Shown here: positions 60,221 to 64,000 of the stretch, piece by piece
How positions within the stretch are numbered: the first letter of the stretch is position 1
How the letters are laid out: each line of letters opens with the position of its first letter
Assembly: GCA_963847445.1 (NCBI GenBank)
Contig: CAWJZV010000041.1
Location: 78,848-142,847 of the forward strand
Direction: 5' to 3'
From: an uncultured delta proteobacterium
Lineage (GTDB): Bacteria > Desulfobacterota > Binatia > UBA9968
Length of the DNA stretch: 64,000 nucleotides
Notes under the pieces: generated by a model
The model's database searches: none
What the model was told of the DNA's origin: nothing
The model's input: only the letters and a program-made list of their open reading frames with translations
Made by a program: the position numbers and the translations under genes

Positions 60221-61854
60221 TCATTCCTGCGGGAATGACTGATAAAACTTCTGCGCCGCTTCGGCGCTGCCGCAGATATACACGGCATCGTTGGTGGCAA
60301 ATTTAAAGTCAGCGCCAAATTCCACCAGCAATTCCTCGCCACGCTCGACTGCGACCACGGTGCAGCCGATTTTTTCCCGCAGGTCGTTTTGTTTGGGATG
60401 GTGATTCTCCAGGCCGCGGGTGGAAACTTTGACGACCCGCAGCTCGGGATCCACCGATATCGATTCCTTGCCGAGCAGCCGCCAGGCGAGCAGTTGCCCC
60501 GACACCTGGCTGATCGACAGGGCGAAGTCGGCGCCGGCGGCGTAGATGCGTTCGACGTTTTCGGCGCGATTGACCCGGGCGATCACCGGCACGTCGGGCG
60601 CCAAGTCTTTGATAATCACCGTGCTGAAAAGTGTCGGCGCGTCGGCGCTGAGCGCGAGAATCACCGCTTGGACATGGTCTAAACCTGCCTGTTTGAGAAT
60701 CTGCGTGTCGAGTACGTTGCCGACGAGATTGACGCCGGGGCCGGGGCTGGTTATCGATTATGAACGTCTCTTCACCGCAGTCGGTGAGCAGCTCAGCGAC
60801 TTTGCGCCCGACTTCGCCGCCGCCGGCGATCAGAAACGGCCCGTGCGGCGCAGCCGGCGCGCGCCGGCGCATAGATTCATGAAGTTGCGGATGCTGTCGT
60901 CATTGCCCACCAGGACGAGGATGCCGCCGGCTTCGAGGCGCATGGCAGGCGTCGGTGGCGCGATTAGTTTGCCGCCGACCCACTGGCCGATGACGGTGAC
61001 GCCGGCGTGCTGGCCGAGCGCAGCCTCGGCCAAAGTTTTGCCGGCGAGGGGGCTGTCGCGGGTGATGCGCGCTTCGGCGACTTGCAGCTTGTGACCGAGG
61101 TGTTGGATGCCGGCCACCGTCGGGCTGACTTTCTGGCTGGCGCGCGCCGCTAACGCCGCGCCGAGGACATGGCGCGGCGTGTAGGCGCTGCTGGCGCCGG
61201 CGAGAATGATCGGTTGGCGATGGTACGGGTCTTCGACCAGGGCGAGAATCTCGCCGCTGAAGCCCAATTGCCGCGCCGCCAAGATCGTCGCGGCGTTGCG
61301 GTCGTCGCTGCTATTCACGATCAGCGCGCGGGCCGCGCGGAGATTGGCTTTCTCAAGCACGCCTTCGTCGAGATTGCCGTAGATGACTTGGTGTCCTTGT
61401 TCGAGCAAATGACGCGCGTCGGCTTCGTCTTCGTCGATGATCACGGTGGGAATATTAGTTTGCCTCAGCTCCGTAATCAGCGTGGCCACCGCCGGACCGT
61501 AGTCGAAGATCACCACATGATTCTTGGCGTTGGCCGATTCCTTCGGCAGCTTGGTTTCGAACCGTTCTTCGAGGAACGGAATCAGATAAATCGGAAAAAT
61601 CAGGAAGAGCAGGATCACACCGATGAACTGGGCGAATGACGACGTAGACGACCATCAACGGATGCTGCCAAGAAATATCGCCGCCATAACCGGTGGTCGA
61701 TGCCGTGCCGGCGGCCCATTGCAGCGCCTGCCAGAAGCCTCTCGGCTTGTTCTCGAGGAAATACATGCCGAGCATGTAGAGCAGCGACATGACCAGCAGC
61801 AGTGAAATTAGCGCAGCCGAGCAGGATGATGAAACGATTATAAGACCGTGGCAT
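60221..61854 (-). CDS. Potassium channel with TrkA-N/TrkA-C (RCK) domains (several indels)
   Basis: TTGYG selectivity filter, two NAD-binding RCK-N domains (HVVIFDYG, IAGGGEVG) and RCK-C segments. Confidence 0.85.
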
Positions 61855-62050
61855 TACCGCCGGCTCCCAAGTCGCGCGGTGGAACGGTAAGTTGCTGGTG
61901 ATTGAAATAGCCGGTGCGAGGATTCCGTGTTGCAGTTCTCTATGGCCATGCGTAAACCGTAGCCTTGCTTAACATGGCGTGGCAGGAGTCTTCAACAAAC
62001 TCTCACACCATCCTCCGGTTTTGCCGCTACGGTGAGCGAAGTTGTCACCG

Positions 62051-62736
62051 TTACTGGAACGTTTTCACCGACCAGCTGCCGGACTGATTGGCGCCGGTCC
62101 ATAAGCCTTTGATCGCTTCCTTGGCCGCCATCTCGAACATGTCGGTAAAGCGACAGCGTGCGCGAAGCCGGCAGCTCGGCGGACCAACTGCCGGTGAAAT
62201 CGCCACCACGGCCTTCGAGCGCGGCGCGCCAGGTGCCGTTCCAGCCGGTGCTATGCATCTGCGCCGACCAGGAGCCGCGCAGCACGTTGCGCCGCTGGCA
62301 TCGCGCAATGTCCAAAAGCCGCGTGCGCGCCGCCCGTCGAGCTCGGATCGACGGTATAACTGCCGCCGAAAGCTTTGCCGTCTTCGGTGACCGCGCCCCA
62401 ATTGGACGACGCCGATTCTTTCTCCTTGAAAGAGTCCTTGACTTGACTGCTGACCATGACGTCCACCGCGCGCACCCAACCGATCTGGCCTTGCTTGGTG
62501 CGCACCATGTACCAGATCTCCTGGCCGACGCTCTCCGCCATCGGCGTCAGCGCCTCGCCTTTCTGCAATCGCAGGATCGGCTCGGTCTCGCGATCCTGCT
62601 GCGCATAAAGCGGCGTGCCCGACTCGCGCGCCGTGAGCGCCGCGGGGGATTCGGCGCCGGGAAGGTTGTTTGAGGATGTTAGGAGCAGAAGAATGCCAAG
62701 TAAGGCAACGTTTAGATCGAAGAAACGAACACTCAT
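62051..62736 (-). CDS. Exported protein with bacterial SH3 domain (frameshifted)
   Basis: Signal peptide; L.KGE.L...WYMVRT..GQIGWV; Trp/Gly-rich beta C-terminus. Confidence 0.65.
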
Positions 62737-63092
62737 AGAAATTCTCCCTGGAGGATTGCTGTTAATAGACGGACGCTGTGGCCGTGAATCGACAGTTTAA
62801 TCTATTTCCAATATAGCCGTCACTAACGACTTGATCGATGGTCATACAGTTCAATCCTAGGGTGTCTGCGGTTTGTTTACCTTGATACACCGAGGGCTGA
62901 TATCGGGATACCCTGTTGTACGAGCGGCGTTTGTCGGCAAGCGAGATTGACTAGGAGCGGTTTGGTGGCGGATATTGCAGCTGATTTTGTTCTTCTTTGT
63001 TTGCGGGTTACCGGATAAAGGGGCAGACGAGCCGGCAGTATACTTGATATTCGACGGACACAGCGACGTCTCATGGCCCGTGGAGGAGATCC

Positions 63093-63591
63093 GTGACGGA
63101 AACGGTCTGGAAACAGCTGGTGCATGCCGTACATAGATTCTGCCGCCCCTTGGTATTTATGGTCGCGAATTATGGTTTCCTACTCGGGGCAATTGCGCAA
63201 GCGCGCAAGTGGGCTCAGGATGGCTGCTTTGGCACCGCATCTACACGACGAGGCACCTAAGGACGTAAAGCCATCCGACTACGTGCGATATGTGATCCAG
63301 AATGAATGGGTGATCTTAAACGCGGTGGAGACACGGGACCAGTGCCGCGCCTTACTGCGTGACGAATTCCCGAAAAAGCGCGACTGGATGGCTGAGCAGG
63401 TTGGCCCGGGAGGGACCGTAAACCAGTCCCCGTTGGCCGATGGGATCAACGCCTCTCTCTGGTTTGGCCGAGACATTAAGTATGGCCAGGCGGGCACAGA
63501 CATGCGTCTCGGCATGCAGCAAGATTTTTGGTGTTTGCCCGCAGCGGTTGATCCTCGTAACGTTCGGATAAATCTACTGGATCAGCAGTAA
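63093..63591 (+). CDS. Hypothetical, probably exported protein (5' frame uncertain)
   Basis: GGAGG RBS before GTG 63093; ORF 63124-63591 ends FWCLPAAVDPRN; WLLWH occurs in an adjacent frame. Confidence 0.45.
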
Positions 63592-63671
63592 AGGTAGCCG
63601 AACCCTGCTCGCTCGATCGGAGGTACTTGTGGCCACCCGTTCGTCTGACCTCTCTGTCTGGCTACCACCCC

Positions 63672-63849
63672 GAATTAGAGCTGCCGCTTCAATCTTTATT
63701 TCAGTCGCCCGGCGGTCATCACGCAAAACCAGGCCAAGCGAGCAAGCCAAGCAGAGCTAAGGCAAATGCTGCGCGAGGTGGAGGCGATGACGGATGAAGA
63801 AGCGCAGCGGCGCCTGGACGAACTAAATTCGCCAATCGCCAAGCAGTAA
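63672..63849 (+). pseudogene. Remnant of the C-terminal end of an NRPS-type peptidyl carrier domain with acidic docking helix
   Basis: ELELPLQSLFQSP / (deletion) / AVITQNQAKRASQAELRQMLREVEAMTDEEAQRRLDELNSPIAKQ*; no start codon and no GGDS motif upstream. Confidence 0.6.
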
Positions 63850-64000
63850 CTTGCCGTGGTGTTATACCCGCATCGATTGCGTAGTCGTTTCCAATGAACT
63901 CTTCGGCGGAGGTTTTCTCTGCAAATTCACCGCATAGCGGTGAATTTCGCACGATGATCCGGTGAAATTCCAAGTTGCATTCGTCCAGCGTCGCTCGACT

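Noticed and set aside
2890-62736. More than 20 frameshifted genes, suggesting mass pseudogenisation or programmed frameshifting
   Set aside because: The breaks are single-base indels scattered through otherwise intact genes, including argJ. I noticed no in-frame stops or common slippery motif. This pattern is typical of unpolished long-read assembly error.
63719-63973. 84-aa minus-strand ORF with a hydrophobic end
   Set aside because: It has no recognisable features, and its 3' half is the antisense of the carrier-domain remnant.

Overview
A GC-rich bacterial chromosomal window, probably from Candidatus Binatia or a related deltaproteobacteria-like soil lineage; this is inferred from the gene-family profile and was not tested. 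It is dominated by catabolic and scavenging genes: about 14 solute-binding proteins with no permease, two Rieske oxygenases, SDRs, amidohydrolases, isochorismatases, a cupin and maiA. It also carries a bacterial topoisomerase VI (top6B-top6A), argJ, pssA, two toxin-antitoxin pairs, a stand-alone LanC-like gene and a deiodinase-like gene. Intergenic regions hold several families of palindromic or tandem repeats. Many genes are split by single-base indels, most likely long-read assembly errors. The best candidate for an undescribed system is the minus-strand cluster at 18331-21796: beta-propeller, ligand-less ferritin-like protein, 2[4Fe-4S] ferredoxin, intact diiron ferritin-like paralog, second 2[4Fe-4S] ferredoxin. 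It looks like an alpha/beta diiron enzyme with dedicated ferredoxins. No rRNA, tRNA, CRISPR array or transposase was recognised. Family assignments come from motif recognition by eye, not database searches.
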